Of a stretch of DNA of 54,815 nucleotides, positions 1 to 12,300 are shown piece after piece; position 1 is the stretch's first letter; the number at the start of each line of letters is the position of its first letter. This DNA comes from Kipferlia bialata. Taxonomy: Eukaryota. Below the pieces are notes generated by a model. That model made no database searches. It had not been told where the DNA came from and was given only the letters and a program-made list of their open reading frames with translations. The translations under genes and the position numbers were made by a program. The stretch is from the NCBI GenBank assembly GCA_003568945.1, contig BDIP01000003.1, positions 1-54,815 on the forward strand, given 5' to 3'.

Positions 1-95
1 GGGGGGGGGGGGGGGGGGGGGGGGGAGAGAGAGAGAGAGAGAGACAGAGAGAGAGACAGAGAGGGACAGACAGAGGGACAGAGGCAGACAGAGAC
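1..95. repeat. Poly-G run followed by GA/GACA microsatellite
   Basis: About 25 G, then (GA)n and GACAGA-type units, seen directly. Confidence 0.9.
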
Positions 96-392
96 AGGTG
101 GATAGAATGATGGATCGACGAGGACTCCTTAATACAAGAGAGGAGGTCATTCTATTATTCAGTTAGGATACGGCCAATCACATGTTGGCATCACTCCTAC
201 CATTGCGACAGTTGTTCTGTAATAATTAGTAGTTGAGTTATCCCTGAAGTGACGTCGTCTGAGTCATTGACCTGCTCGGAGAGAAGGATAGGTCGAAGAG
301 CCACTTGCCCACTTAATGAGTGTATGTCATTGGTTAGCTACTCTTGAACGCCTCTGAGCTGCCTCGCGGGAGCCACCAGCCACCATACCCCA

Positions 393-581
393 TCACCTGG
401 CTCTCTTGATCTCCTGGTCCATCTCCTCCCCCTCCATATCATCATCTATGGGGGCAGACCTCTGGTGGCCCTGGGTCTGGAGGGGGGCGGGGGTCACACC
501 CTCGGGGGCAGGGATGGAAGGGTGGGCATCGAAGAAGGAGGCCACAGCGGCATCGATAGATACGTTCAGAGAGTCGGCCAT
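393..581 (-). CDS. Small hypothetical protein or exon (62 aa, acidic/Pro-rich)
   Basis: ATG-initiated ORF MADSLNVSIDAA...EIKRAR with GC3-rich codons like neighbouring exons. No family recognised. Confidence 0.35.
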   Translation of the reverse strand: MADSLNVSIDAAVASFFDAHPSIPAPEGVTPAPLQTQGHQRSAPIDDDMEGEEMDQEIKRAR

Positions 582-704
582 GTTCGAAGAGATGCAAAGA
601 GAGAGTGACAGAGACCTCCAGACTTTGAAGTGTTAAAGTAATGATATGTATGCGCACCACCTAGGTGGGTCGAAGAGCCACCAACTAACAATATTTATCA
701 CAAT

Positions 705-1070
705 CTACCACTCCTCCTCACTGGGAGGGGGTCCACATGGCTGGATCATGCTCTAGGGTGAGTGGTTTCGATCATGGAAACAAATAGAAACAGTATACAA
801 ACCTGTACAAAGTGGAATCTCTGCCTGGCCACGGACTGGTTCTGGGCAACTGACATGTACTGCAGAATACCGGGGTGGCTGATGTATGTGGCGTAGGAGT
901 CCCTCTTGACATTGCAAGCGAACTCATGCCTGTGTGTGAGTATCAATATCAGTCCATACAACTCACACCCATACTGTTCCTTACCTCTCTGTGTCGGCTC
1001 CACCAGTGGATGGGTGCTTGATGCACAGCTGCTGCAGGTACGTGTTGAGTGCGTACTTCCCCTCAGACAT
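705..1070 (-). CDS. SF3B5: Splicing factor 3B subunit 5 (SF3b10), 3 exons: 985-1070, 803-929, 705-752
   Basis: Spliced product (86 aa): MSEGKYALNTYLQQLCIKHPSTGGADTERHEFACNVKRDSYATYISHPGILQYMSVAQNQSVARQRFHFVQSMIQPCGPPPSEEEW. It matches SF3B5 motifs (TG.ADT, RDSY..Y..H, A.N.S.AR.RF, M.QPCGPP). Both introns are GT-AG and in phase. Confidence 0.92.
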
Positions 1071-1236
1071 CTCTTTCTGAGCTGAAGACAGGTGTCATTC
1101 TGAATCAGCTGAGATGATCCTAAAACCAATATGTTGCAACCTTCTCCCGATTCAGTCTCTCTCTAAGAGAGACTCTCTTTCACATTATTACAACACTGCG
1201 CCTGGCTGAGTGGATAATTGGAGTAGTCAGTCCCAG

Positions 1237-3478
1237 ATGGGTATCTTCACGAAGCCTGGCAGCGTCTGGAAGAAGGCTCTAGACGAGGCCGGGTCTGGTG
1301 GGAGTGCAGACATTGTGAGGCGAGTGGTTGTACTCAATGACACAGGCAGTGTGCTGAGCCAGATGGTGACGGCTGCCGGGGGTAGCCTGCCAGACGAGCA
1401 GCCTAGTGCTGCGCTGCGGTATGCCAACGTGTCCACTGCAGACGGGACACTGGTACAGTTTTACGGTGTGCCCCGCTCTCTATTTGGGGAGACCGGTCCT
1501 GTCCTCTCTCTTCTGAGGACACCCATACCCACTGTTCTGGTCCCATGTGTTGATGTGGCGCCAGAATCCTTCAATGTTGCGACTGGGTCTGAGCCGGGTA
1601 AGGTTCCCTTTGTTGCTGTTGTTGAGGAGACGTGCCGGCTGCTGAGGGAGGGCGAGGGTGTGTGGAGGGCCCAGTCTAACGAGGAGGAGGAGGATGCAGA
1701 GGATGTGGCCCCTGAGGCTGAGGACGTGTCTGTCTCAGGGGATGAGAGTGTGGGTGTGGTCGACAGGTGGAGGCAGTCCCTCCTCTCTGCCCTTCAGGAG
1801 ACAGAGAGGGTTGCACTCGACACCCCAGACGCAGTGTCCCAGTTCTCTCTCTCCCCCTCATTCCCCTGTCTCCCTGTCATCATTGTGGCCACTAGGCCTG
1901 GCGATGCCTCCGACAAGGACGATGCAGCCAAGCCCACCCATGCCAAGAGGTCCTCCTTCCCCAGTGTCTCCCACTCTCTGCTCAGGGTGTTTGCCCTCAG
2001 CGTGGGAGGGGGCCTTGTTGTGCAGAGGGCGCAGGCCACTGAGAGGCTCCATGCCAGAGGTAGGCAGAGGCGTGAGAGGGGCAGGGATGCGTCTCCCTCC
2101 AGACTGTGGACAGTGGCCGAGGCCTGTCTAGGGGTGCTGGACGGGAGGAGACCCCCTGTGCAGAGGGTCAGTGAGGTGGACGCCCTGGGGGAGGAGTCTG
2201 AGATTGTACACTATGCCGGTATCCCCACTGTCCCATCCCACATCGGAGACACCTCATTCATACCACCAGGTGCAACATAAGTTGTATTATATATATATAT
2301 TTGTTTATGTGTATATGAGGGTATGGGTCAACATGTCCTCTTGTCATCCTGTTGTCGTTATGCTTTGGAGAGCTCGTATATACAATCCCCCCCCCCACTT
2401 CTGATCCACTCTCTCCTGTGGAAGTGTTGAACTCCGCCCTTCTTACCCTAGGATTCGACAGTGCTGCCCGTATTAACACCGCCATCGACGATGACGCTAG
2501 GTACACACCTCCCAAAGCCTTTGTTGTTTGGATAGACATATAATAGTCACAGGCACTTTCTGTCTGTAGTTATCCTGTATTATTGATTATTCTGACCCTC
2601 TAGGGACACCAAGAGTGTGACTGGGTTCTGGAAGGAGATGATGCCCACCCCTGAGTTTGTGTGTGACCCCTCCAGTGTGTGTGGCCTGCTGGCATCCCCC
2701 ATGTTCCCAACCAGAGTCAGACTCCTCTTCCTGGGGCATGTGTCACACATGAAGAAGATTGCAAGGTTTGTCTTGTATATAACAATTATAGTATGTATAT
2801 ATAGTATTACACAACGTATTATATATAGTATTGTGGTATAATATGGTAGTATAATATATGACATTACACTGTGTAATATATATATACATATTCTGGGCCA
2901 TGTATCCCACATGAAGAAGATTGCAAGGTTAGTCTGGCAGTGTATCTATACATTACATTATACCTTCTCTATATATAGTACTGACTGGCAGGGGCATGCC
3001 TGAGACCCTACTTGCCATCCGTATATATATATGTAGTCTCTAAGTAGTAGTGTATGAGTTATACCTCGTATTGTACTGACTAACTGGCAGGGGCATGCCC
3101 GAGACCCTCCTTGCCATCCGTATATATATGTGTGTAGTCTATAAGTAGTAGTGTATGTATTAGTTATACCTCCTATTGTACTGACTGGCAGGGGTATGCC
3201 TGAGACCCTCCTTGCCACCGACAAGGCATTCAGGAAGAAGGCAATGGGCAAGACGGCCCCTTCACAGAGGACAGAGTCCAAGGATAGGTATGAGTACATA
3301 TATGCAGTGTATTAGTCTCCATATTGCGGCTCACCCCAGGTCCAAGCTGAACCAGCTCTTCACCAAGAAGAAGGGGTCCAAGGGCCACTCCTCCTCGCAC
3401 AGCATGAGTGCATCGGGGAGGGACAAGACATACGTCAGAAGGGACCAGAGCAGAGACCCCAGCGCAGAGCACAAATAG
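1237..3478 (+). CDS. Cytoplasmic dynein light intermediate chain-like protein (5 exons)
   Basis: Motifs occur in DLIC order: SVWKKALDEA, ALRYANV, PVIIVATR, LLRVFALSVGGGLV, DTSFIPPG/FDSAARI, and C-terminal KLNQLFTKKKG. In-phase GT-AG introns start at 2270, ~2501, ~2766 and ~3288. Confidence 0.65.
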
Positions 3479-3752
3479 ATCATAAGTCGTGTAGTGTATG
3501 GTGTATATGGTGTAGATCTATATCTGCAAGTGTATAGATAAAGGGTTGGGTCATTCCGAATCAGAAGCCCTGCCTCTCTTCGTTGGGTGACGTAGAGTCA
3601 TGCTTCCAAGTCATGTAAAGCCGCCCCCTGGGTTGCAGCCCATTATCAAGGCGGCACTTGCCCACGTGAAGGTGTGTTTTCGCAGTTGTATTTGACCGAC
3701 ACCTTGATTCGGTATCCAGTCTCAACTCATCCTCATATTCATCCCCCCGTAT

Positions 3753-5128
3753 GTGTCGTATTTCTCATGTGTCAAGGTGTGTGAATGGAGGCCTGAGGGG
3801 TGGAGCGATGCTGTGTTCCAGGCACTGCGGGAGTGTAGGGGGAGGGACAGGGGGAAGGGGACTGGGAACAGGAAGAGCCGGGGTTCTGCCCCTGCCAAGC
3901 CTGTAGATGCAGGTGCCACAGTCCCCTCTGGGAGTGAGGGTAAGCCTGGGGTGCGCGATCTGATGCGGTCCCGGAAGCGTGCTCTGAGACAAGTAGCCGA
4001 GCCCAGCCCCCAGGCCAAGGCAGTGGCCGAGGACAGAGAGGCATACTGGAGGAGAGAGGTATGGGATGGCTGACAGTGTGCAGCTATGTTTATCTACCGA
4101 CCCCCCCCCCCCCTCTCCTTTCATGGGTTCTTGTATGATAGTCTTCTGACATAGGTTGAGTCTCAGGACTTTGACAAGTCTCTTGCTGCGAGACAGGGGT
4201 ATGTCTATGCCTTTGCCCCCTACAGTGCATATGCCATTGCCCATATGGTACGGTGGAGACTGGAGTCCCTGGTACCCAACCCCACCCCCTTCTCCCGGCT
4301 GGTGTGTGTGGGAGGAGGGCCTGGCTCTGAGGCCCTGGGTGTCCTGGCCCAGCAGAGACTCACCCAGGGGGAGGGGGCGGCCCTGCCCTCTGTCGATGTG
4401 CTGGATATATCCACTTCCTGGGAGGGGCAGGGCAGACAGCTGCTGGTAGATAGGTACGCATGAGGCTGTGTATGTGTACCATTCTTTGCCTTGGCTCTCT
4501 CTTACCCCAGCGGTCTTGCTTCCTCTGTGCGGTACAGTCGGTTTGATATATTTGACACGAACATTACCCGGCACACCGAGGTCATAGGGGCAGCTGACAT
4601 GGTGGTATTCTCGAAGGTATGGTAACTGGTGTGGATGCTGGTATCGCGTAGATCCTGCTCCTGATTCACCCCCCAGGTTCTGTCCATTGCCCAGTATAGT
4701 ACCGACCCCTCTGCCAATGCCTTCTGCGCAGTGCTGGACACCATGGCACCTGGGGCCACACTCATGGTACTGGACAATGCAGCAGGTGGGTATATAGTGT
4801 ATATACCTCCCACTCTCTGATTCACTCCTATTCTTCTATTCACCTACAGGCCCCTCCCGTCTAGACCCCCTCTGCCAGTGCATCAGGGACAGGGGCTTCG
4901 ATGCAGAGGTGCGGCAGTACCCCAAGCCCCTCAAGACAGAGTATGTCATGCCCAACAGACTCAGAGACTACGTCCCAGTCACAGACCAGGAGGGGTGGGC
5001 AGCACTATACGCAGGTACTGTATATCATCTCAGTATATACCTCTCTGCCTGTCTCACCCCCAGAGGGTGGTATCAAGACTCTCTGCACCGGCGCACTCTT
5101 CGAAATCGTTGCAGTGAAGCGGCGATAG
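3753..5128 (+). CDS. Class I SAM-dependent methyltransferase-like protein (6 exons, start uncertain)
   Basis: Spliced product contains YVYAFAPYSAYA, motif I LVCVGGGPGSEALG, VDVLDISTSW, RFDIFD, ADMVVFSKVLS and MAPGATLMVLDN. It ends FEIVAVKRR*. Confidence 0.7.
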
Positions 5129-5319
5129 ATTCCTTATGTTGTATCCCTATCCATGTTGTATAGTAGAAATAGAGACGTGGCAGTAACAAGCTTGGGGGTG
5201 AATGAGGTCCCACTATTATTCACAGACTTCAGTTACCACTGTTTATTCCACCTTCGGAACAGCACACGATTACATACACACACATATATCATACATACAC
5301 CACTGGGTAAATACCCTCC

Positions 5320-7648
5320 TCAGGCCTTGCGTCTCTCTCTCTCTCTGCCTGATATGTAGACAGTCTCTGTCATGAGGTGAGGGTACCTGACTGAGGTCTG
5401 GTGTCCATAGCCTGGGTCGTCTATCCCCACCATGTCTCCGATACCACCCCCTCCCTCCAGCTCAATCATTAACCCATCCACACTATCCACCACATGGCCT
5501 GTACCCACAGACCCCCTCCTCACACCCCGCCTTGTCACAGCCGTGGTGGCATGGGGTGACATGACCAGGGTGCGTCTGGTCTGTCCTGGGTAGTAGTCAG
5601 GGCCAGTGGTGGAGGGGGCCTGCTTGGTGCTCTGGAAGCACTGGTAGTGTCTGTCTGAGTGGGCCTTGTCCCCATTGCCTGCGAGGTCAGACACCGACAG
5701 GCACAGGGGGGAGTGCTGCGGAGAGGGTATCGGGGATACTGGGGGCCGTGGAGAGGGGGGTGGGCCGGAGGGGGAGTCAGGGGGATCTACCATGGCATGG
5801 GAGGGCGCAGACGGGTTATCCTCCCCCTCCTCACTCTCTCTCCCACTCACACTGCCATCGCGACTATCATCCCATGCATCTGACACAGACCTCGGGGTGC
5901 CCCTAGGCGCGGGATACCCATCCAAGGGCACAGCCTCATTCTCAGCCTGTAGGTAGGAGGCCTCTAAGCGAGTGTCTACCTCATCGCCACGGTCAGCATC
6001 CATGTATGTGTCTCTCTCCCATTGACTCTCTGTCTCCCTCTCTCTGGCACTTTGTACCCTAGGCTGCACCACAGGGCTACACAGGGACCCAACCTGGTCG
6101 GGTCTGAGGGTCTGTAGGAAGCGGCTCACCCTGTCTGACACAGGCACACAGCCTGAGAACACAGAGAGAGAGGGGGGAGCTGCCAAGGCACGCGACACTG
6201 CCTGTCTCTCCCTCTCCCTGTCTCCCAGTGTGGTCTGACTCAGACGGTCTCTCTCTCTCCCTCTGTCGTTGTCTACGGATGGCGAGGGGGGCTGTGGTAT
6301 GCGGCGAAGAGGAGACACTGGCTGTGTCTCTGCCATCCCACGTCTAGGCGACGTCTCAAACCTACTTAGTGGAGATGTCATGAGTGACAGTGGTGGGTAT
6401 AGAGCCGGGTGGGGTGGGGTGGGTGCAACGCCATCTCTGGCCATTGTCTGCAGGGGACTCTGCCCCTGGCCAGTCATGTGTCTACTATATGCCCTCAGAA
6501 GCACACTGTCCAGCTGCACCCCCACCCCTTGGTGCCTCCTACCATCCACTGTGTTCACAGGCAGGGGGTGGTACTTGCCACTCCGGCTGTAGGTGGGGAC
6601 AGCGGCATCCACACTCGTGAACCAGGTCAGGATGGAGTCGACCTGGGGTGAGAGAAGTATGTTAGTGTGTATGAGTATATATATGTAATGGAGACAATGC
6701 ATATATCTACCTGAGCTGTGCAGAGCCACATGCCCCACTCGTATGCCTCAGGCGACACCCTCTGATGCACTTCCTCCCAGGGCCGTGTCAGCTCCACCCA
6801 GTCATCTGCATCCAGGAAGTGCGGCACTCCCAGCACATGCAGTCCCTCTAATGCCAGTCTGAAGTTGCACAGCCGGTGTGAGTCAGGTCCCACCCCAGGG
6901 GAGGTGGGGGTTATAGAGAGGCCGAGGGAAGCTCTGTGTCCTCTCTTCTGCCAGGGTGACTTTGGTGCTGTCTGGGTGCTAGGAGTAGGCGGCACAGGAC
7001 AGGCGTCAGATATGGACACAGCATCTGGGGCGTTGTTGTACACAAGGTGCAGGAGGGGGAGACCAGAGGCAAGGCCCAGGGGGTACTGCTCGGTGCTGAA
7101 GCCACTATACGTGGCACTCACTATGGTCTGAAGCTGTCTGATAACGGATCTTCTCCTCGCCTTGACGTATCTGAGAGTCAAGAGGACGGAGTGAGAGAAT
7201 ATTGGGACTGGTGGTAACATGCAAAGACAATAGACTGTGACATGAATCATTGGCAATACCTGTAGACGTAGCAGCTGAAGAGCTCCAACAGGAAGGGGAC
7301 AATGACACGTGGCTCCCCAGTCATCAGTTCACTGACACTTGGTATCAGGGCCAGTCTGATCGCACTGTTCTCCCGTATGGATGAGAGTACACTCTCGAGT
7401 GCAGAGACAGAGGGACGAGACGGGAAGGTCGGAGATCCCTTGGAACCGCTCGACAGCGTAACAAAGAGAGCTGGCAGAGTGATACAGTCTCCCATGGCTG
7501 CACAGACATCCTGCACAAGGTATGTCTTTGGAAGCAGGCTGTTCACCCATCGTGTCATAATGACCTCAAGCCGTGGCAGGTAGCCCTTCACACAGGATGA
7601 CCGAATAGACACCCGGCCCCGCCTGTGCCTGGCCTCTAACGCTCCCAT
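5320..7648 (-). CDS. Tandem calponin-homology (CH-CH) domain protein with long disordered Pro/Ser-rich tail (introns 7171-7259, 6643-6710)
   Basis: CH1-like: IMTRWVNSLL..VQDVCAAMGDCITLPALFVTLS ... SVSELMTGEPRVIVPFLLELF. CH2-like: LASGLPLLHLV ... RLCNFRLALEGLHVLGVPHFLDADDW. Start ATG uncertain. Confidence 0.65.
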
Positions 7649-7840
7649 GACTTGTAACTGACTGACACAGGCACTGTGTGGAGCACTAGTTAAATAAGGA
7701 CTCTCCGGCACAGGCTCTGGCCATTTTTGTTCGATCTGAGGAAAAAGGGTCCGAGAATTCCATATTCTGAGTGCACGGCGCTTCATCACAGAGGCTGCCA
7801 GAACACAGCTCTCAGTGGAGTCTTGGCCAAAAAGCTGCAC

Positions 7841-9075
7841 ATGTTGCCGCCTAACGGCACTCGTGGCCGGAAGTCTCGGACTAGAGGTGTCTACGATTCG
7901 CCAAGCGGCACCGCAGCCAGACAACTCCTTAACTCAGCCTTTTTGCCGTCAATTCCCACCGATACCGCCCGTTCTAGTGGTACTAGCAGTCTGTACAGCT
8001 TTGGGAACAGTGCCTATGCTCAGTTTGACGTGGAGGGTGACCATGAGGGCACTTCACAGACCGGAGGTGTCAGTGATATTAGGGCTCTCTCCCGTCTGAG
8101 TCAGAGTGGGCGCACCAAGACGAAGAAGTTCGTTACTCCTTCTGTTGCGTCTTTGTCCAGGCGGCCCCTGCACCCTGCAAGCCGTACCATTTCCATTGGG
8201 CGCCGGCTTGCGTCCCAGATGAAGAGTGGGGCAGAGGCTGTGTCCTACTTCGCTGCAGCCAACGATGCTCCTCTCAAGCTGGTGTACTGCCGCAGCACCA
8301 CATCCCCTCGTGACCCAGTGTATCTCCCGTACGACCTTGCTGTAATGAAGCACGAGGACACGGAATTCCTGGACGAGTGGTTCACCATATCCGCCCAGGG
8401 TATTGTTCACACAACCAAGACAGGTAAGACCCATATATATGGCCTGGTGCAGTATTGGTATATTGTGTAGTGGTTACACAATGGTGTCCACCCCCCCCCC
8501 CCCTCCCCCTTGTTGCTTCTGTTGTAATTTACCCCAGGGTCCACCCACACCACCCTGAGTGACTGGATCAGAGATGCCACCACCTTCCGCCAGCTGAGGT
8601 CTCTCCCCTTCTTCAGAGACTTTGTCATCAGGCGTGCCTTCTCTAGGTGGAGCAGAGAGGTCAGGCGCAAGCAGTTTATGAAGAACAGGGCCCTCATTGG
8701 ACAGACCCTCTTCACGGCCAAGCCCCACTTCCTGTCGGCTCTGCTGCAGGCCAGGGCGCTGTGCTACAGGATAGAGTGCCTCACGGGTATAGTGCTGGGG
8801 AGGGACTCGGATGCCAGGTACAGTGCGCTCTATATGTGGCTGTGTTATAATTAGTCGACACTGTTTCCCTGTATCTGTTCTCTCCTACATTGGCTTGCCT
8901 TCAGTTTCGCTTGGCTGTTCTCTTACACCCAGAGATGGACACAGGGACGTCTACACTCCAGAGCAGTGGGAGGTTGCCCAGGCTGCATGCAGGTATGTGT
9001 GTGTACGTCACAGATTGTACTAACCCCCCCCCCCCCCTCCCATTTATTGTCCTGACCCCCAGGGCCAAGGCTGCT
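7841..9075 (+). CDS. Axonemal inner-arm dynein heavy chain N-terminal region (DNAH6-like), truncated
   Basis: YLPYDLAV..WFTISAQGIVH..TTLSDWIRDATTFRQLRSLPFFRDFVIRRAFSRWSREVR..LF resembles the N-terminus of DNAH6-type chains. No motor-domain exons follow. Confidence 0.6.
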
Positions 9076-9226
9076 GGGTGTTCTTCAGCCACTCCATCTG
9101 TCTCGCCCTATCAGTGTGTGTATGACTCACAACCAGTCTGTGTGTATCTGTCTAAGGGTCTCACTCCTACCCCCCCTCCCCCCCATATTCCCCATGCCTC
9201 TCACCCCAGTCTATGGATGAGGCCAC

Positions 9227-9261
<35 letters not shown>

Positions 9262-9329
9262 CATACATATATATATGTATCTATATGTATATTGATGTCT
9301 CACCCCCAGCCTGTTGACGAGGCCACCCT

Positions 9330-9374
<45 letters not shown>

Positions 9375-9397
9375 GTATATACATACCCTACCCCCAG

Positions 9398-12300
9398 CCT
9401 GTTGACGAGGCCACCCTTCTGGCAGCCGAGAGAGAGGCCGCCCTGAAGAAGCAGCAGTTCGAGATGGTGAGTATCCATACTTCTCATGCTATTCGAATAA
9501 TGTGCATACATGCCTAATCATCCTACTCGTATAATACATATACCTGTGTGTTCAGGTGTACATTTGTATAAATGAGAAGAAGCAGCAGTTCGAGTTGGTG
9601 AGTGTGTCATTAGAGATATTCGCACTGTATGATTGTATACTGTATGATTGCTCAAATACCCCCTCCTGACCCCAGAACATGGCGAGACTCAAGCAGAGTG
9701 AGATGATGCCCCAGTACCAGCAGGTATGGGAAGAGAGATGTTCAGTGTGCATATAGACATACACCAGTGTTGATACTCTAGGATCTCCCTCTCTCTCCCT
9801 CTCTCACCCCTAGCAGTACCAGCAGCAGTACCAGCCCCAGTATCAGCAGCCTCAGGTGAGTGTATAAATACGGATATAGTAATATGAAATATGTAACATG
9901 TAGTATATGTATTATATAGCGTATCTAGTACCCGCAGCCCCAGGTGAGTATATAGATACGGATATAGTAATATGAAATATGTAACATGTAGTATATGTAA
10001 TATATAGCGTATCTAGAACCCGCAGCCCCAGGTGAGTGTATGATGCAGATGCAGTATGTAGTGTATGTATCTATATATTGTATGTATATGTGTCTCACCC
10101 CAGGGCGACCAGACTGCTGTACTGGCCCAGTACCAGGCATACCTCCAGGCCCAGGTATGCATGTATATGTATATATCAGTGTATATTTAGTATAGTGATT
10201 GTTGTGCATACGTGCAGGCTCAGGTACAGTGCTAAGTCTGTATAGATACTATATGGGTGACCATATACTATATGTATCTATATCTATACCAATTGCTTTC
10301 TTCTCTATACTATCTCTCCAGGGCATATCCGCTCTCTATCTCTATGTATACCTTCCTATCTCACCCCCAGGGCATGGACGTGAATGAGGACATGATGTGC
10401 AGTATTGTTCTTTTTGTGGCTATTTAGTGTCAGTTATCTCATTCTCTATATAACTGACCCCCAGGGCATATCCGCTCTCTCCCTATATATTTATATTATA
10501 TGTACCCTCTCTCACCCCCCAGGGCATGGATGTGGATGAGGACATGATGCCAGCCATGCAGCAGCCAGCGCAGGTATGATTATGAATATATGTATTAGAT
10601 TCATATTCGCCCCATACATACTTTCATTTGGTACTGTCTCACCTCTAGGCAGCCCCAGCCCCAGCACCTGTACATGTACCTGCTCCAGCCCCAGTGGCAG
10701 TGCAGGCCCCTGCCCCTGTGCCCACACCCAAGGTACACATCTCTCTCTCTCTATATGTATATATAATTATATTCTATTCTCTCTGTATATATTCAATATG
10801 TATGTATATGAATACATCCATCTGTGCCCCTGCCCCTGTACCCACACCCAAGGTATACCTCTTTCTCTCTCTCTCTTACCTATATACTCTCCAGGCAGGC
10901 GAAGGCCAATCTCTCTCTCTCAATATGTATATGTATACATATTATTGTACCTAACCCCCCAGGCCCCTGTCTCTGTGCCAGGAGGTGCCCCACCCGTGGC
11001 AGCACCAGGTAGGGGGCATGTATACAATACAGTAATATATATTGTGAAATGTACCTACAGTATGTATAGATAATACAGAATATGGTGTACATGGTGTGTC
11101 TTGGGTTGCCCCACCCGTGGCAGCACCAGGTATGGGGTCATATATATATATATGTATATATACACACACATACACATATATATATATATATAGTATTTAT
11201 CTATATGGTGTGTAGTAGTGTATCTTGGGTGCCCCACCTGTGGCAGCACCAGGTAGGTTTTTTTATATACATACTGTGTATTATATAGTATACGGACAGT
11301 ACATATATCTATATGTATATTATGGTCTTAACTAACTCAAGCACCACCACAGCTGGGTGGGATATTTAATTATATATTGCATACTATTTGTATATACATA
11401 GTCTCTATCTAATACTAGGCACTACCACCGCTGGGTGGGATATATATATATTTATGTACATACACAGTGTATATATGTACATATGTATCTAACCAAGGCA
11501 CCACCACGGCTGGGTGGGACAATGCCCCCATGGCCGTGGTCAAGGAGGAGCCAGTGGTCATTGAGGAGGTATACATGTATATACATGTATATACATGTAT
11601 TTATATATATGCATTAGTATATATCCCATGGCAGTGGTCAAGGAGGAGCCAGTGGTGATTGAGGAGGTATGTAGGATTATACATATATATATTGGAGAGG
11701 ATATATATCAATATATGTATGTATATATGTATTACTATATATCCCATGGCCCTGGTCAAGGAGGAGCCAGTGGTCAAGGAGGAGCCAGTGGTGATAGAGG
11801 AGGTATATATATGTATATATGTATTAGTATATATGCATTAGTATATATCCCATGGCAGTGGTCAAGGGGGAGCCAGTCGTGATAGAGGAGGTATATATAT
11901 GTATATATGTATTGGAGTATATGTATATGCATATATAGTCTATGATGCCTCACCCCCAGCCTGCCCCAGCTGAGGAGGTGCTGGATGCTTTAGTAAAACA
12001 TGTATATACATATAAGTACTGTGTTTATATAGTATATAGTATCTGATGTCCCACCCCCAGCCTGCCCCAGCTGAGGAGGTGCTTGATGCTTTAGTAAACA
12101 TATATATATATATATATAAGTACTTCTGTGTTTGTATAGTATATATCATTTAATGTATCTCACCCCCAGCCTGCCCCAGCTGAGGATGTGCTTGACGACC
12201 CCTGGGCACAGGCCATACCAGACACAGAGGCACAGGTGGGTGAATATACTCAATACATGTTTTGAATATTTACCGTGGTATATTCATACACACACATATT

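Noticed and set aside
236..262. agttatccctg, antisense to the LSU rRNA CAGGGAUAACU motif (snR38-like guide)
   Set aside because: No convincing C box or correctly spaced D/D' box.
11520..11895. Regularly spaced direct repeats as a CRISPR-like array
   Set aside because: The repeats are exon fragments ending in GT donors, the spacers are TA-rich intron DNA, and there are no cas genes.
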